Below, one piece after another: positions 42,551 through 57,115 of a stretch of DNA of 64,000 nucleotides. Source of the stretch: the human T2T-CHM13v2.0 reference genome, Homo sapiens; NCBI RefSeq assembly GCF_009914755.1, contig NC_060935.1; one strand, 5' to 3'. Under the pieces are notes generated by a model. The model had not been told where the DNA came from and made no database searches. It saw only the letters and a program-made list of their open reading frames with translations. A program made the translations under genes and the position numbers. Position 1 is the first letter of the stretch. Each line of letters starts with the position of its first letter.

Positions 42551-45500
42551 GAAAGGAAATGAAAACCAGCTATACAGAAAACAATTGATTATAACTCATA
42601 AACGAGCCTTGTGTAGAAAATGCTATAATCTTGTTAAATTTATTTGCTTTCTGCCTATATGAGCAAGAATTTGGCTTTTAGCTTTGGAGCACTGACCCAT
42701 TTCTCTGGAATTTCTGCATCCCAGAATGGCTATTCCCAGCTTTTTGCTTGAATAAACACTTTAATAAAACTGGATTCTGACCCTTTTGATTATTCCAGGT
42801 TGACAATGTATATAACGAAACTCATCAAATTGTACACTCTAAATGGGTGCAGCTCACTTCACATAAATGAAACTTCAGTAAAGTTGACTTTAAAACCTGG
42901 GATGACAACTGTTAATGTGAGTGGGACAGGGCTACTTTAATCCTCTCGAACAGGATGAAATTTGTGCTGAGAACTAAATGATGAAAAGAATGTTCAAGTT
43001 GTAAGAAACAAAACAGTTCTAGCCCAAGAACACTCAAATATTTTCAATCCATGGAGAACAATGGGCAGGAAGCATCTGGCCCCTGATACAGTCAATGAGG
43101 AGGTACAATGCCTAAGGAGGACTTAACATCAAGAATAGACACCCCTAAAAGCTGTTATCATCGCCGTGCACTGGCAGTGCTAGACAGTGTCAGTGATAAA
43201 ATACTCTTCCCTGTTGGAGCAGAGAGCTTTTATACCAATGTTTCCAGTCATGGTCCACAGCATCAGAAATTTTTGCACAGCACATGGGCCATATTAATTT
43301 TTCTTGAGTACAGTGATAAATTACAGTTTTTGAATGTGACTTACAAGATTTTATCAACCCTATTTCTCTTGGGCAGTACTCCTTCATAACTTTTTTGTTA
43401 ACTTTTATTGAAATTAGTCTTGAACAGCTCAATTCCCATCTTGTGCATGAAATTCCCAGCTCATCCAGGGACCTGATGGTAATGCCAGGCCCTGATGCCC
43501 AACTAGCTCACAGTGCCAGATAAATCAGGAAAACTGTCTTTCTCATTTTTATGTTTGACTGAGAAATCTCTTGCTGACCATATTCTCAGGTAGGCATATG
43601 ACATTGTCCCCAGACCACATATCCAATACCTATCTCTAATTTTTGCCAATAAAGAAACAGACCTAAAGACAGAAAACCTGTCCATAATGGAAAAACTATG
43701 ATCAAAATTTAGGTTCAAACTTTGGATTCCCCCACAGTGCACCCACTATGCATTTATTGAGCACCTTCTATATAACCTTCTATATAACACAAGAAGAGAC
43801 AGCCCATAAAAGATGTAAAAGATATGGTTTCTGCTCTTGAGAATTATGCAGTTTTAGAGGCTAAGACTAAAAAGCATGAATAATACTAGGGAAATTTATT
43901 CAACGGTTACCAAGCACCTATTATGACAGGCACTGAGCTGGATATTGAGATAACTGAGGTGGATCAAGGGTTTACCATACAACCATCCCACTTCACACCT
44001 GTGTCTTATCTAACCCTTACAAAGGTGCTATTAACTGGTAATATTAGAATCCCATTATGCAGATAAGGGAACTGCTGCTAAAGAAATGTTAATAGCTTGC
44101 CAAAGGTCACACAACTAGCAAGTGGAAGACCTAGGTTTTTCCTGGGTCTGTCTGACTTCAAAGCCAGAGTAAGACAGACCCAGAGTCTTAATGAATGTGC
44201 TCCCCAGCCTCTTCATTATCAAGTAGAGAGGATACAAAGAGAGTAAACCTTGTGAATCCCCCAAATCTGAGACAGGTCTCAGTTAATTTAGAAAGTTTAT
44301 TTTGCCAAGGTTGAGGGTGTGCACCCATGACACAGCCTCAGGAGGTCCTGGTAACTTGTCCAAAGTGGTAAGAGCACAGTTTAGTTTTATACATTTTAGG
44401 GAGACATGAGACATCAGTCAGCATGTGTAAGATGAACATTGGTTCAGTCTGGAAAGCAAGACAACAGAAAGTGAGGAAGGCACTTCCATGTCATAGGTAG
44501 ATAAGAGACAAATGGTTGCATTCTTCTGGGTTCCTGATTAGCTTCTCCAAAGGAGGCAAGCAAAGATGCATTTATCTCAGTGATCAGATAGGTGACTTTG
44601 AATAAAGTGAGAGGCAGGTCTGCCCTAAGCAGTTCCCAGCTTGATTTTTCCCTTTAGCTTAGTGATTTGGGGGCCCCAAGATATTTTCCTTTCACATTTC
44701 CTCCCTTTTCTTTTAAAAAATATTTTGGAGACAGGATTTTAGAAGAAAATGAGTCTTTGGTCTCAGGTTTTGTCTGATCTCTCATAGCTAGGATGGTTTA
44801 TTTCTAGATGGGTGGGTTCCGAATTATTAGGAAAGTTCATCATTAGCAGGTTGTGAAGTCTCATGTCCTGTGAAGAGACAATGGGGGAGGAGAGGAGAAA
44901 AACAACAACAAACAAAAACAAAAAAAATCCTGGAGAAACCATATAGACTACATTACTCTGAAGTCCATACATCAGTAGGTGGGTATGAAAGTGGCTTATG
45001 TATGTAAACAGGTTGTTGTTATTTTCTTCTGAAATTTAAGTTGTCTAGCTTCAGTTCTCAGGACTTTAAGAAAGCACAGCTTAGTTTTCAGTGACTCCAA
45101 ATTTGGAAATGCGGCGAAAAAAAGAAGAAAAAAATTGAAAACATTATTTTGAAGACTTGTAGCCAAGAAAAATTAGAATTCAGTCCAAATTGTAGAAAAT
45201 AGTAAAAATAGAAAAACATTAGGAAAGAATAGAATCTAACAACAGGTATACTATAGTTTCTGAAACACAATTTTTCTCTCTCCAGTTTCCCATTTTTACT
45301 AAAGGCAAATCATGGTAGGGCTGGTTTGCTTTATTATAGTTGGCCTGATTATTTGTATATAGTACAGCAAGGATAATTATTTTTTACATAGGCTTTTAAA
45401 TTTGCTTTGATGGAACTTTGTTCTGTAGAAGGAATCTCAGATAAGACTTTTTTAAAGCTGAGCCCAGCCATGGATTTGTACCATCAAATACCTATCAGTT

Positions 45501-47073
45501 GGGTGAGCCTCTCCTCTTGAAGTTCCAAGATAAAATGTGGGTCTCCTAGGCCTGTCAGAAAGTGACATTCCTTACTTACCACAGGTCAGAACCCTGTACG
45601 GGGACTGTGTAGACCAGTATGAGGCCCGTTTTCCCAGGGGTTTTTATTGGCTCCACAAGTCAGGTTTAATTTCTTAAAGGAAAACACACCATTCCAGTCA
45701 AAGCATTGGTAAAATAACCAGTTTCTCCAATTGTGTACTGTTATAAATGAATACAGAGTCTTATTACACTTATGCAAATAACTGTATTGTCATAAGTTGA
45801 GATACTCACAAATAGTTTCCAAATTATCTAGAAATCAGGTAGAGAGAAAGCAAACATGCTCCAAATTTTGTTCATAGGAATATACTTTACTCAATTGTTA
45901 AAATCTGTAAATAGCTTAAAAGAAAAGTTTTCTTGACTCTGAAAAGCAAAACAAAGGATCAGCAATGTTTTAAGCAAAAAGTTAAAAAATTACTTCAGAC
46001 TTCTATTAGTTTGGTCCATGCAGTTAATTCCTGTTATGCTTGATATTCATCAACCTTTCAGGTCTCCATGAATCCTGAAAGTTTTCCTCTACTCTGATGT
46101 CACAATCTCCAAAATTATCAGAAACTTGCATTTAAGAGTACCTGTTAGAGTCTTGTAGCTGACTATAAAACCACCTTCTAAAGAGGTCAAAAACAAGACA
46201 GCAATTGTCTGTGGATGACAAAAAGTTTTAGGGCAGCCATAGTCAAAGACACAATTGACAAGGAAATTTGCTACGTGTGTGGCACACAATAATTTAACAT
46301 AACAATTATACCCTAAGTCATATCAGAATTATGGGAGTTTCCCATAATCTTGTAACACATACCAATAACATATTTAAACAAATACAGCCCAAAGAGAACC
46401 AAACACCATTTCATATTTCACCATGTTTTCCGTAAAATTTTTATACTAAATAAGCCAAACTATGTCATTTTTGGACTTTAGGGAGACTAATATATTAAAA
46501 GATTAATTAGGTCAGAAAAAGACATCATTTATAATTTGATCTTGAAAAGTTTGTCAAATATCAAAGGTTTAAAACACTTGATATCACAAAATAGGATCAT
46601 TCATTTAACCAAAGTGATAACTCAAGGATTTCAAAAAATAGGGAAAATACCTTCATTCTTTGAGAGAGGAGGCTTAATTTTCCAAATAATAAGCCCTAAT
46701 AAAAACAGCAGGATGCCAATTAATTTTTCAAAATTTTATAAAGTCTATAAAAGTTTAATCTTGACCATAAGATACAACTTGAAAGACTTTTATAACATTT
46801 ATTAAGGAATCAGTTAATGCTTCAAGAAAACCTTGTTAATCTGACCTAGGGGCCCATATGCTGGTCTTAATAGCAGTGTGCCTTTGACATTAATGATTAA
46901 TTTATAGAGAAACGTATCTTATTTTATCATTCAAAATCAGCCCTTACAATCTCATGAGTACATCTCTTCCATGATAGTCCCCAGGCCTTGAGTCAAATAG
47001 CTTTAATTTCTGGCCCTGTGTCCCTGGAATGTAGTTTATTTTTATTGGTGTCTTCTATTGGGACTGAAGATGA

Positions 47074-47473
<400 letters not shown>

Positions 47474-48178
47474 TAAAAGCATGTACAGAAAGATACAGAG
47501 ATGTTGTAACCTTAATTAAAAAAATATTTTCTCTTTACATAGAGATCAGTCTCTAGAAAGACCATTATAATTTTTCTTTAATTATAGACAACTTGATCTA
47601 AAAGTTTTTGATATAAAAGTTTTTGTTTATTTGTTTAATAAATCTAAATTCTCTTATTGTGAATTACATAGACAATTCATGAAATGCTTGGACTTTCTGG
47701 TTTGTCCTGAATATCCCTTTGTCTTAAACAACCAGTCATTCCACTCTAGGACTAAATTTACCATACAAGATTCTTTCTCATATGAAATTACTTCCCTTTA
47801 AGCTTTCTTACTAAAAACAAACAAACAAAAAACAAAAACCAAAAAGCCCTCTTTATTTCTACAACTTTCTTTACATCTCTCTTATTTCCTGGTTCCTTTT
47901 ACCTTGTTTTATACATGACCTTTAAATAAGCTTTGAATTAGACAAAAATTGTTCACCTTTTTAAAAGGACACACTTTTTTTTTTAAGAAAGAATGTTTTC
48001 CTACGGATATATTTTTATCGGTAAATACTCAAATAATGAAATTTCTACTATTTTATATAATGTTAGTTTCTAAATTATGAGTTTGTTTACAAGTATTTAT
48101 CTCATTACATTTACCTAATTATTTTAATCACTTACCTGGATTATTAATGAAAACTGCAATAGTCATCATTTAAATTTA

Positions 48179-48423
48179 TGAAACTTTAATTGCAAAATTA
48201 TAACTGAGACAGTGAAGAAGATCTGCCCTAACTGACTCCATCTTGCTTCTAACCTCCAAGCTGTTCTTGTTCATTCCTGGGCACAGGTCAAACTAACTTT
48301 GGAAGGAACTTCGTTTATAGTTTAATTTTGAAACAAAAATGGTAGCTGTCCTTTCCCAAAGCAAACTTCCTTACTGCCTGTGGACTAGACCACCTAAAAC
48401 AACAGGCTTAGAAGTTATGGTAA
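48179..48423 (+). mobile_element. LTR8 5' fragment embedded antisense in the MER4 internal region
   Basis: Aligns with 54096-54350. Confidence 0.8.
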
Positions 48424-49347
48424 TGTTTCTAAATTCTAGGTGTAGCTATTTTCATTAAACTAATATCAATATCTTATTTATTAAAAATTATACAAGTGAA
48501 GAACATTGTGTTTTGGGCTGGGTTTATAGTTTTGTAACCCCTATGCCAAATTTTGACACCTTGTATTATTTGGCCAGGATAAATATAAAATTGCTTGATC
48601 AATAAATGCAAACCAAAATGTATGCTGACAATTCTTAAGATGTTTCTGTTATTATTTCAAGAATAATTTTAAAGCTAGCTTATTTATTAAAGATTTTACT
48701 TAAGTCATGTAAACTTGAAAAAGCATTTGACTTGTCTTTTTTTTCTGATAAAGTATTTGATTTAAGCACTTTTATTTTTCTTTAAGCCAACTAATTAGAG
48801 CTCTTTTATATATTTTCAGTGGTGGAACATTGTGTGCACCACACATAAATATATACACATATTAGGCATGCTGATAGAAGTACATCTTATAGGTTCATAA
48901 AACCCTCCCTTTTTTCCCCTATCTTAGACTTTCAGATTCTTGATAACCTATTTTATAACCCTAGGCAGGTGTCAGCTAAATAGCCTTATATTTGCATATT
49001 AAAGGAAACAACTGTGGTGAAAATCAAGTAGCAAAATTTACATCATAAGGTATGGAGAAGAAAACTCTGGTATGCTAGTGGGAGAGTAAAGATGGATGCC
49101 AAATCAAACATAAAATTATGAAAATCTGTCAGAGGATTGTATAAGGAGACCAGTTTTATTTAGATAGGGACTTCTTATCTTTTAACTGGATCTCTGAGCT
49201 CTGGGGAGAGCCCATACTGAATCCTGGGTTTCCAAAAAGGAAGAATTATTATGAGATCAGACCACATGATGTTTTTATAGTGCACTTAAAATTTTTTTTT
49301 TTTAAAAACAAAGACATTTCTAAGTGTCTAAACTATACTCTTCTTTA

Positions 49348-49665
<318 letters not shown>

Positions 49666-50016
49666 CAAGAATATCTTGTGTTGCAATAATGATTTTAGTC
49701 AATAAATCAGGCCAAAAGGAAGCAGTTTAAAAGCTGAGATGAACTTGTCTGTTTATACTCTTGGGGTTCCATAAAGAAAAACAGGTTTCTCCCCTAAAGG
49801 GAGTCTGGCATCTTCTCCATTTTCTTTAAGAAACCCCAGGTTATTATAAACAAGTTTAGGTCCTTCGTGCAGCAGAAGTTGCAAGAGAAAGGAGAGACAG
49901 CAGAAGTAAATGAAGAAAATAGAATTCAGTCAACCGAGAAGAAAATAACTTTTGCTCAAAAAAAGACAAGGTCCTAGGAGAGAGAAAACAAAAACAAAAA
50001 CATGATCTTTTAAATA

Positions 50017-50019
<3 letters not shown>

Positions 50020-50058
<39 letters not shown>
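50020..50058 (+). repeat. (CA)n microsatellite
   Basis: Direct reading, ~19 units. Confidence 0.9.
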
Positions 50059-50059
<1 letters not shown>

Positions 50060-51558
50060 CTTGGATGTTAGCTTTTTGTTAAACTGACTTTAACCACTGA
50101 GCTCCTTAAAAAAATCTTCTAAAATCTTATTACCATATTTCAGCTAGGACAAATAGGCACTATTTCAGAAGTACCAAGTATCAAACCAGAAAGGTCTTGA
50201 TTTAGGAACCAAACCCAACCTGTCATGGTGGAAAAAATAATGCAGAACCTTAGCTATTGAACTGACCTGCAGTGTGGGGCAACAGCCATTGCTTTCAGTT
50301 TAGCGTGGCTCACAAAATGTTGGCCTTGTTATATAAATAAAATCCCTTTAGTAGTCAAAATCAAAATAATTAATCTTTCCTCTTTTTTTTTCTTTTTTTG
50401 GCCATTTTTCTTCCCCACCACACCACCTTTTTTGGTATGTGTTGGGGGAAATTTAACCATTTCAGAGGACTCGTTCCCCATAATTTGCAACTTTCCTTTG
50501 GACTTGAGTGAGTCAGATAGTGTTGGTAAAACCCAATGGGAAAAAGATTAAAAGAACCACAAAATCAGAAACATACAACAACAACAAAACTGTTAAGGAA
50601 AACAAACAATCACAAAACTTATATGATTACTGAGTACTCTTATGGTAAGGAGAAATTAAAACCAGCTGGTTGTTAACTTTAGCCAAGACAAAACCCCAAT
50701 TCAGCTACTTACTTAGGGATGGGTCTCAGGCTGAAGACTGCTCTCCACCATCCTAGAAGCAGGAAAAAAAACCTATCTTCCCTTTTGGAAGCCAGCTCAA
50801 ACTGCATAAAGGAGTTACCTGCCTTCCCTCATCATTGAAGCAGGAAAACTTGCCTTCCTTGTTGGAAGCAAATAAAACTCCCAAAAAAGGGAGTTGTATA
50901 GCAAAACAAACTTTAGATCTTGACCAAATTTTGGGAGATCAGGTCCTTTCTGGAGGGGGTGCTCCCAGACCTCAGCAAATTGTGCTATTGGTTTGACCAT
51001 AAAGTTAGCTCATGCTGGTACTAAGCACTGATAAGAGATTTGTCAAAAGTCAGGGGCATCTCCACTCAGAATCCCTCTGTGGTTACTGGAATGTGAGCCC
51101 TGAAAATCTGAGACAGGTCTCAGTTTATTTTTCCAAGGTTGAGGATGCACACCTGTGACACAGCCTCAAGAGGTCCTGATGACATGTGTCCAAGGTGGTC
51201 AGAGCACAGCTTGGTTTTATACATTTTAGGGAGACATGAGACATCAATCAACATATGTGAAATGAACGTAGGTTCAGTCCAGAAAAGATGGAACAGCTTG
51301 AAGCAAAAGCAGGACAACTCAAAGTGGGAGGGGCTTCCAGGTCATAGGTATTACAGGTGTGATACAAATGACACAAATGGCTACATTCTTTTGAGTTTCT
51401 GATTAGCCTCTCCAAAGGAGGCAGTAAGATACACATTTATCTCAGTGAGCAGAAGGGTGACTTTGAATAGAATGGGAGGCAGGTTTGCCCTAAGCAGTTC
51501 CCAGCTTGACTTTTCCCTTTAGTGATTTGGGGGCCTGAAGATTTATTTTTCTTTCACA

Positions 51559-52330
51559 GAACATTTCCATCAACCCCAAAAGTTTACTCTGTGCAGTCTA
51601 TTCTTTCCTCTGCCCTCAGCCCTAGGCAACCACTGAATTGTTTTATGTTAAGAGATTCATTTGCATTTTCTGGAATGTTATTGTCAGGCCTCTGAGCCCA
51701 AGCTAAGCCATCATATCCCCTGTGATCTGCACATATACATCCAGATGGCCTGAAGCAACTGAAAATCCACAAAAGAAGTGAAAATAGCCTTAACTGATGA
51801 CATTCCATGATTGTGATTTGTTCCTGCCCCACCCTAACTGATACGATATATTCTCCCCCACGCTTAAGAAGGTACTTTGTAGTATTCTTCCTTGCCCTTA
51901 AGAAGGTACTTTGTAATATTCCCCCCCACACTCAAGAAGGTACTTTGTAATATTCTCCCCACGCTTGAGAATGTCCTTTGTATGCCTATCCCAAACCTAT
52001 AAGAACTAATGATTATCCCACCACCCTTTGCTGACTCCTTTTTCGGACGCAGCCCACCTGCACCCAGGTGAAATAAACAGCCTTGTTGCTCACACAAAGC
52101 CTGTTGGTTGTCTCTTCACATGGATGCACGTGACAGTATATACATAGAATCACACAGCATTTAGTTTTTGTGTCTGGTTTTCTCCTGCCATCATGATTTT
52201 GAGATTCATCCACTATGTTGTGTGTATCAATATTGTATTCCTTGCTATTCCATTTTATGGATATAGTAGAGTCAGTGTATTCATTCATCTTTAATGAACA
52301 TTTGTGTTAATTTTAGCTTTTGCTTATTGA
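51559..52330 (-). mobile_element. Old L1M 3' region (upstream half), interrupted by LTR7
   Basis: Reverse complement ends ...AACTTTTGGGGTTGATGGAAATGTTC, a typical L1M 3' UTR; its continuation is at 33521-33564 plus 42806-42895 on the + strand. Confidence 0.75.
51682..52135 (+). mobile_element. HERV-H solo LTR (LTR7 family)
   Basis: TGTCAGGCCTCTGAGCCCAAGCTAAGCCATCA...GTGACA; tandem AAGAAGGTACTTTGTA repeats; CTATAAGAA and AAATAAA. Confidence 0.9.
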
Positions 52331-52829
52331 CATCAGTCTGTTTTATCATCTTCACTGCATTATTACTATCTGAAATTACTTTATTCATCTATTTGTTTAT
52401 TTACTATCTGAAATTACTTTATTCATCTATTTGTTTATATTTGACTTTCTTCTTTTCCCCAACTAAGCCAACAGGATCTCATTTTCTTGTTCTTCACTTT
52501 ATCTGCAGTGCCTGTGCATGATAGGAGCTCATGTGTGAACTAATTCCGGGAATTTCATTCCTGGGCTATACTTGAAGCATTCCTGAATTCATATACTAGC
52601 TATGGCATTATCGGCTTTGTGACCCTGAGCAAATTGCTTCACCTCGCTGAACTATGGTTACTTAATCTTTAAATTGAGTATTATCATACTAATCTCACCA
52701 GGTTGTTGTGAAGATAAAGGTGAATTTCTGACACTAGAAAGCCAATGCTGTCCTATCTGCCTTACCTGTAATGACTCATTTAGTCCTTTAATCAGTTAAT
52801 CAACCCCATGAATAAAGTACTATGATTTA

Positions 52830-53490
<661 letters not shown>

Positions 53491-54095
53491 TAGTAAGTGG
53501 CAGAGCTTCACTTGAGCCCAGGCTGTTTAGCTTATAAAACTCTTCTCCCCATCATTCTGTTATTCTGCTTCTCTATGCTATTAAATGAGATAGTATATGA
53601 AGTGCGTAGCACAGTATCCAACACATGCTACCTTCACAATAAATATTGTTTTTTTTCTTAGGTACAAAGTCATAGAGTGAGATGCCAAACATCTCACCAT
53701 TTACCTACACTTTTGGGATCATATATGAAAGGTTGTAGCAAGTAAAATTCAGTAGAATTTTGTAGATTGTGTGATATAGTATTATTTTCATCATCTTGAC
53801 ATTTTAATTTCTTGGGTTTGAGACATGATTATAAGCATGGGGAAGTGTGGTATGTTTGTCAAATAAATCAGTTTGACTTTATTTTTTTTGGTAAATTGGT
53901 TGTGAACAGTTGTTCATACTCATGTCCCAGAAAGGGTCTCCCAAGCCCATTATTGGGTCTGGCCTGAGAGTGAGGTCTAATCCTGAGAGTGGTCAGCCTA
54001 GCTTTGCAATTCACCAAGAACCACAGGGGACCAGTAAATATCAAAGGTATCAGTGTGGGACAGGTACCAGCCCTAAGGGATGGATCAGCTATTTT

Positions 54096-54786
54096 TGAAA
54101 TCCCCATTGCAAAATTATAACTGAGACAGTGAAAGAGATCTGACCTACCCAACTCCTTCTTGCTTCTAACCTCCAAGCTGTCTTTGTTTATTCCTTGGAG
54201 TAGGCTAAACTAACTTCGGGAAGAATTTAGTTTATAGTTTAAAACAAAGACAATAACAGCACTTTCCCAAAACAAACTCCTTCTTACCTGGGGACTAGAC
54301 TGCCTTTGTAGGATTAACAAATTAGCCATAAGATTAGAAATTATAGTTTAGGAGTCTTGCAGCTGGAGGCTACAAGATTCTTATCCTCCCTAAACTGCTT
54401 CTAGGATCAGTAGTTGAGATATTTTGCAGACCCTGCACTTGATGGATCAGTTGGCACCACCCAGATCCATAAACTGGCTCATCTGATTTTATGGCCCCCA
54501 ACCAGGAACTAACTCAGCACAAAAAGAGAGCTTCAACTTCCTATGATTTAATCTCTGACCCCATCAATCAGCACTCTTGACTCACTGGCCTTTCCCCACC
54601 CCCCAAATTATCCTTAAAAACTCTAATCCCCAAATGCTCAGGGAAACTGATTTGAGTAATAATAAAACTCCCACCTCCCACACAGCTGGCTCTGGGTGAA
54701 TTACTCTTTCTCTATTGCAGTTCCCCTGTTTTGATAAATTGGCTCTTTCTAGGCAGTGGACAACGTGAACTCATTGGGCAGTTATA
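54096..54786 (+). mobile_element. LTR8 solo LTR
   Basis: TGAAA...TTGCAAAATTATAACTGAGACAGTGAAAGAGATCTGACC start; ends GGGCAGTTATA; TSD TTTT. Confidence 0.85.
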
Positions 54787-55241
54787 TTTTCCAATTTGAA
54801 CCACACAGCACTCTGCTAAAAATAACTATTTGAGGATATTCTTAGAGCTACAGGCTGTGAACTCTGTTTATAGCCTGTTACCTGGTGGCCAATTGGGGAG
54901 AGGCCTTTGGATCCAGGGTGGAGCTAGAATGAAGGAAAAATGGGCTGGCTTTGCTCCCAGCATGCTGACCTTGGGGGAACTAGTATAAGCCGCACCCTAT
55001 CTTCTCTGAGACAGGTCGGGGGAAAAAGCAAAAGAATCACTCCTTTGGCCCTCTGGCAGCTTCCAGTCTCACTGGCAAGGTACAGCAGCTAACCAGGCCA
55101 GACCTCAGTTATAGAATAATATGTGAGAGAGTCCCAGGCACACAGCATGGCATCTCCAGGGCAGAGGGTAGGGAGAGGGTGTGACAGGGATGAAAAATAT
55201 TTTCCTGGAGTAGGTAAGTCTTGATTTTGACTGATCTGTCC

Positions 55242-55415
55242 CATGGCTGACTACATGTCAGTATGGCCTGAGCAATAGCACAAGTTTCATGCTCAGAGGG
55301 CCTCACATGCTTGAACTAATGTTCTGTCATTGCCATCTTGAAATTCTCAATAATTTTTTAGCAAGGGGACTTGCATTTTTATTTTGTATTGGGCACCACA
55401 ATTTATGTCCTGATC
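55242..55415 (+). mobile_element. MER91A-like hAT MITE
   Basis: GCTCAGAGGGCC...CTTGAAATTCTCAATAATTTTT...CATTTTTATTTTG. Confidence 0.6.
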
Positions 55416-55994
55416 ATCCTTAATAGGTTACTTCCAGCATGTATTACTTTTCCTCTGAGCATTTATTACTTTTCTTCCCAAACTTCTCTTTTAATCCTCA
55501 TCTCAGCTACAAATGCTTACTTCCTCCCTGTTCTTTGGACTTAAAACCTCAAGGCAGCTGTCATGCATGCCTCACCCTAGCCCTTGACACATAAATGATT
55601 CAAGACCTGAGGCTTATTCCTTTAAATAAGTCACTTACTCCTGATTCTCACCATTTCCAGAGCCATACACCTAGCTCAGACCTACCTTGTCTTTTGTCTA
55701 GTCTCTAGATCCTTGCTTCCTGGTGTACTCTAGGGACCTTGAGCATCAGCATAACTTGAGAGCTTGTTAGAAATACAAAACTTTGGGTCCCAGCCTAGAT
55801 CTGCATTTTGACAAAATCCTTAGGTGATTCTCATTCACTGGAAGTTTGAGAAGTCCGGTCAGTGGCTCTGGACTTTGGATTTATATTAAGATCAGCTGGG
55901 GAGATTTTTAAAATACAAATGATTAGGTCCCATCCTTAGAGATTCTGATTTAATTAGTTTGCATCAGTTTTTTTTTAAGCCCTTCCTTTTTACT

Positions 55995-56690
55995 TGTTTT
56001 AATCATCTATTTCCATGTAACAAATTACCCCAACACATGTTTATAATCTCACATTTTCTGTGGTTTAGGAATCCAGATGCAACTTACTAGGTCCCTTGCT
56101 TCAGGATTTCTCACAAAGTTGTAGTTAAGGTGTTGGCTCACGGGCTCTCACATGGCTGCAGTCTAGGTTCCACAGGGCAGGATCTGCATCCAAGCTCACT
56201 CAGTGGCTGTTGGCAGGATACAGGTCCCCACAGGCTGTTCACTTGAGGATATCTGTTCCTCGTTGACTGTTTACTGTTGGCTGATAAATCACCTTCAGTC
56301 CTTTGCACCAGGGGCCTCTTCAACCTGGAAGCTTGCCTCATAAGTCAGCAAGAGAGTCTGCTAGCAAGATGGAAGCTATGATCTTTTATAAGTCATTTAT
56401 GAAAATGATATTTATTACTTTTGGCATATTCATTAGAAGCAAGCCACTAGGTCCAGCCCATACTCTAAATGAAGGGGCTGGCTGGGTATGGAGGCTTATG
56501 CCTGTAATCCCAGCACTTTAGGAGGTGGAGGCAGGAGGATCGTTTGAATCCAGGAGTTAAGAGACCAGCCTGTGCCACACAGTGAGACCTTATCTCTCCA
56601 AAAAAAAAAAAAAGACATGGAGAGGCTCACACAAAAGTGTGGCTGCTAAGAGGTAGGGATGCCAGAGAACATTGTGGGAATTTGCCTATC
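55995..56690 (-). mobile_element. MLT1 LTR with an inserted Alu monomer (56477-56613)
   Basis: GTAACAAATTACCC...TTCTGTGGTTTAGGAATCCAG...CACTAGGTCCAGCCCA motifs. Confidence 0.65.
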
Positions 56691-56708
56691 CCATGACCCA
56701 GGTGGTTC

Positions 56709-57115
56709 TGTTACCAGTTGAAGGTGTCCAGGTTCTTGGTTTCTTGAACAAAGAATTGGACAAAATGCACAAACAAAACAAGAAAAGAATGAAGCAACAA
56801 AAGCTGAGATTTATTGAAAACAAAAGTACACCCCATAGGTGTACAGGCCTGAGCATTGGGGCTCAAGGGCTCCATTACAGAATTTTCTGGGGTTTAAATA
56901 CCTTCTAGAGGTTTCCATTGGTCTCTTGGTGTATATGCCCTATGTAAATGAAGATGACGAAGTAAAGTTACAAAGTCATTTACTCGGTGTATGCCCTATG
57001 TAAATGAAGAGGATATTTTCGGTAGTAGCTGAAGTGTTTCCATTTGATTTAGTTCTAGGAAGTCAGTGTGAATTGGCCTTATGTTCCCTGCCTCCAGACC
57101 TATTCTCCAGCCTCG
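56709..57115 (-). mobile_element. MER51-family solo LTR
   Basis: Reverse complement of the MER51 termini; TSD GTTC (56705-56708, 57116-57119). Confidence 0.82.

Larger units (their letters stand above)
33565..42805 (+). mobile_element. MER39/MER34-like ERV1 solo LTR, split by an L1 3' fragment and by the HERVH48 provirus
   Basis: Starts TGAAAATAAGTAATTCAAAATCTAAGCTG; resumes after GAAAG at 42551; AATAAA; ends GGTTGACA at 42805. Confidence 0.7.

Noticed and set aside
51863-51981. CRISPR-like spaced repeats
   Set aside because: Eukaryotic DNA; these are the ordinary tandem U3 repeats of an HERV-H LTR with near-identical spacers
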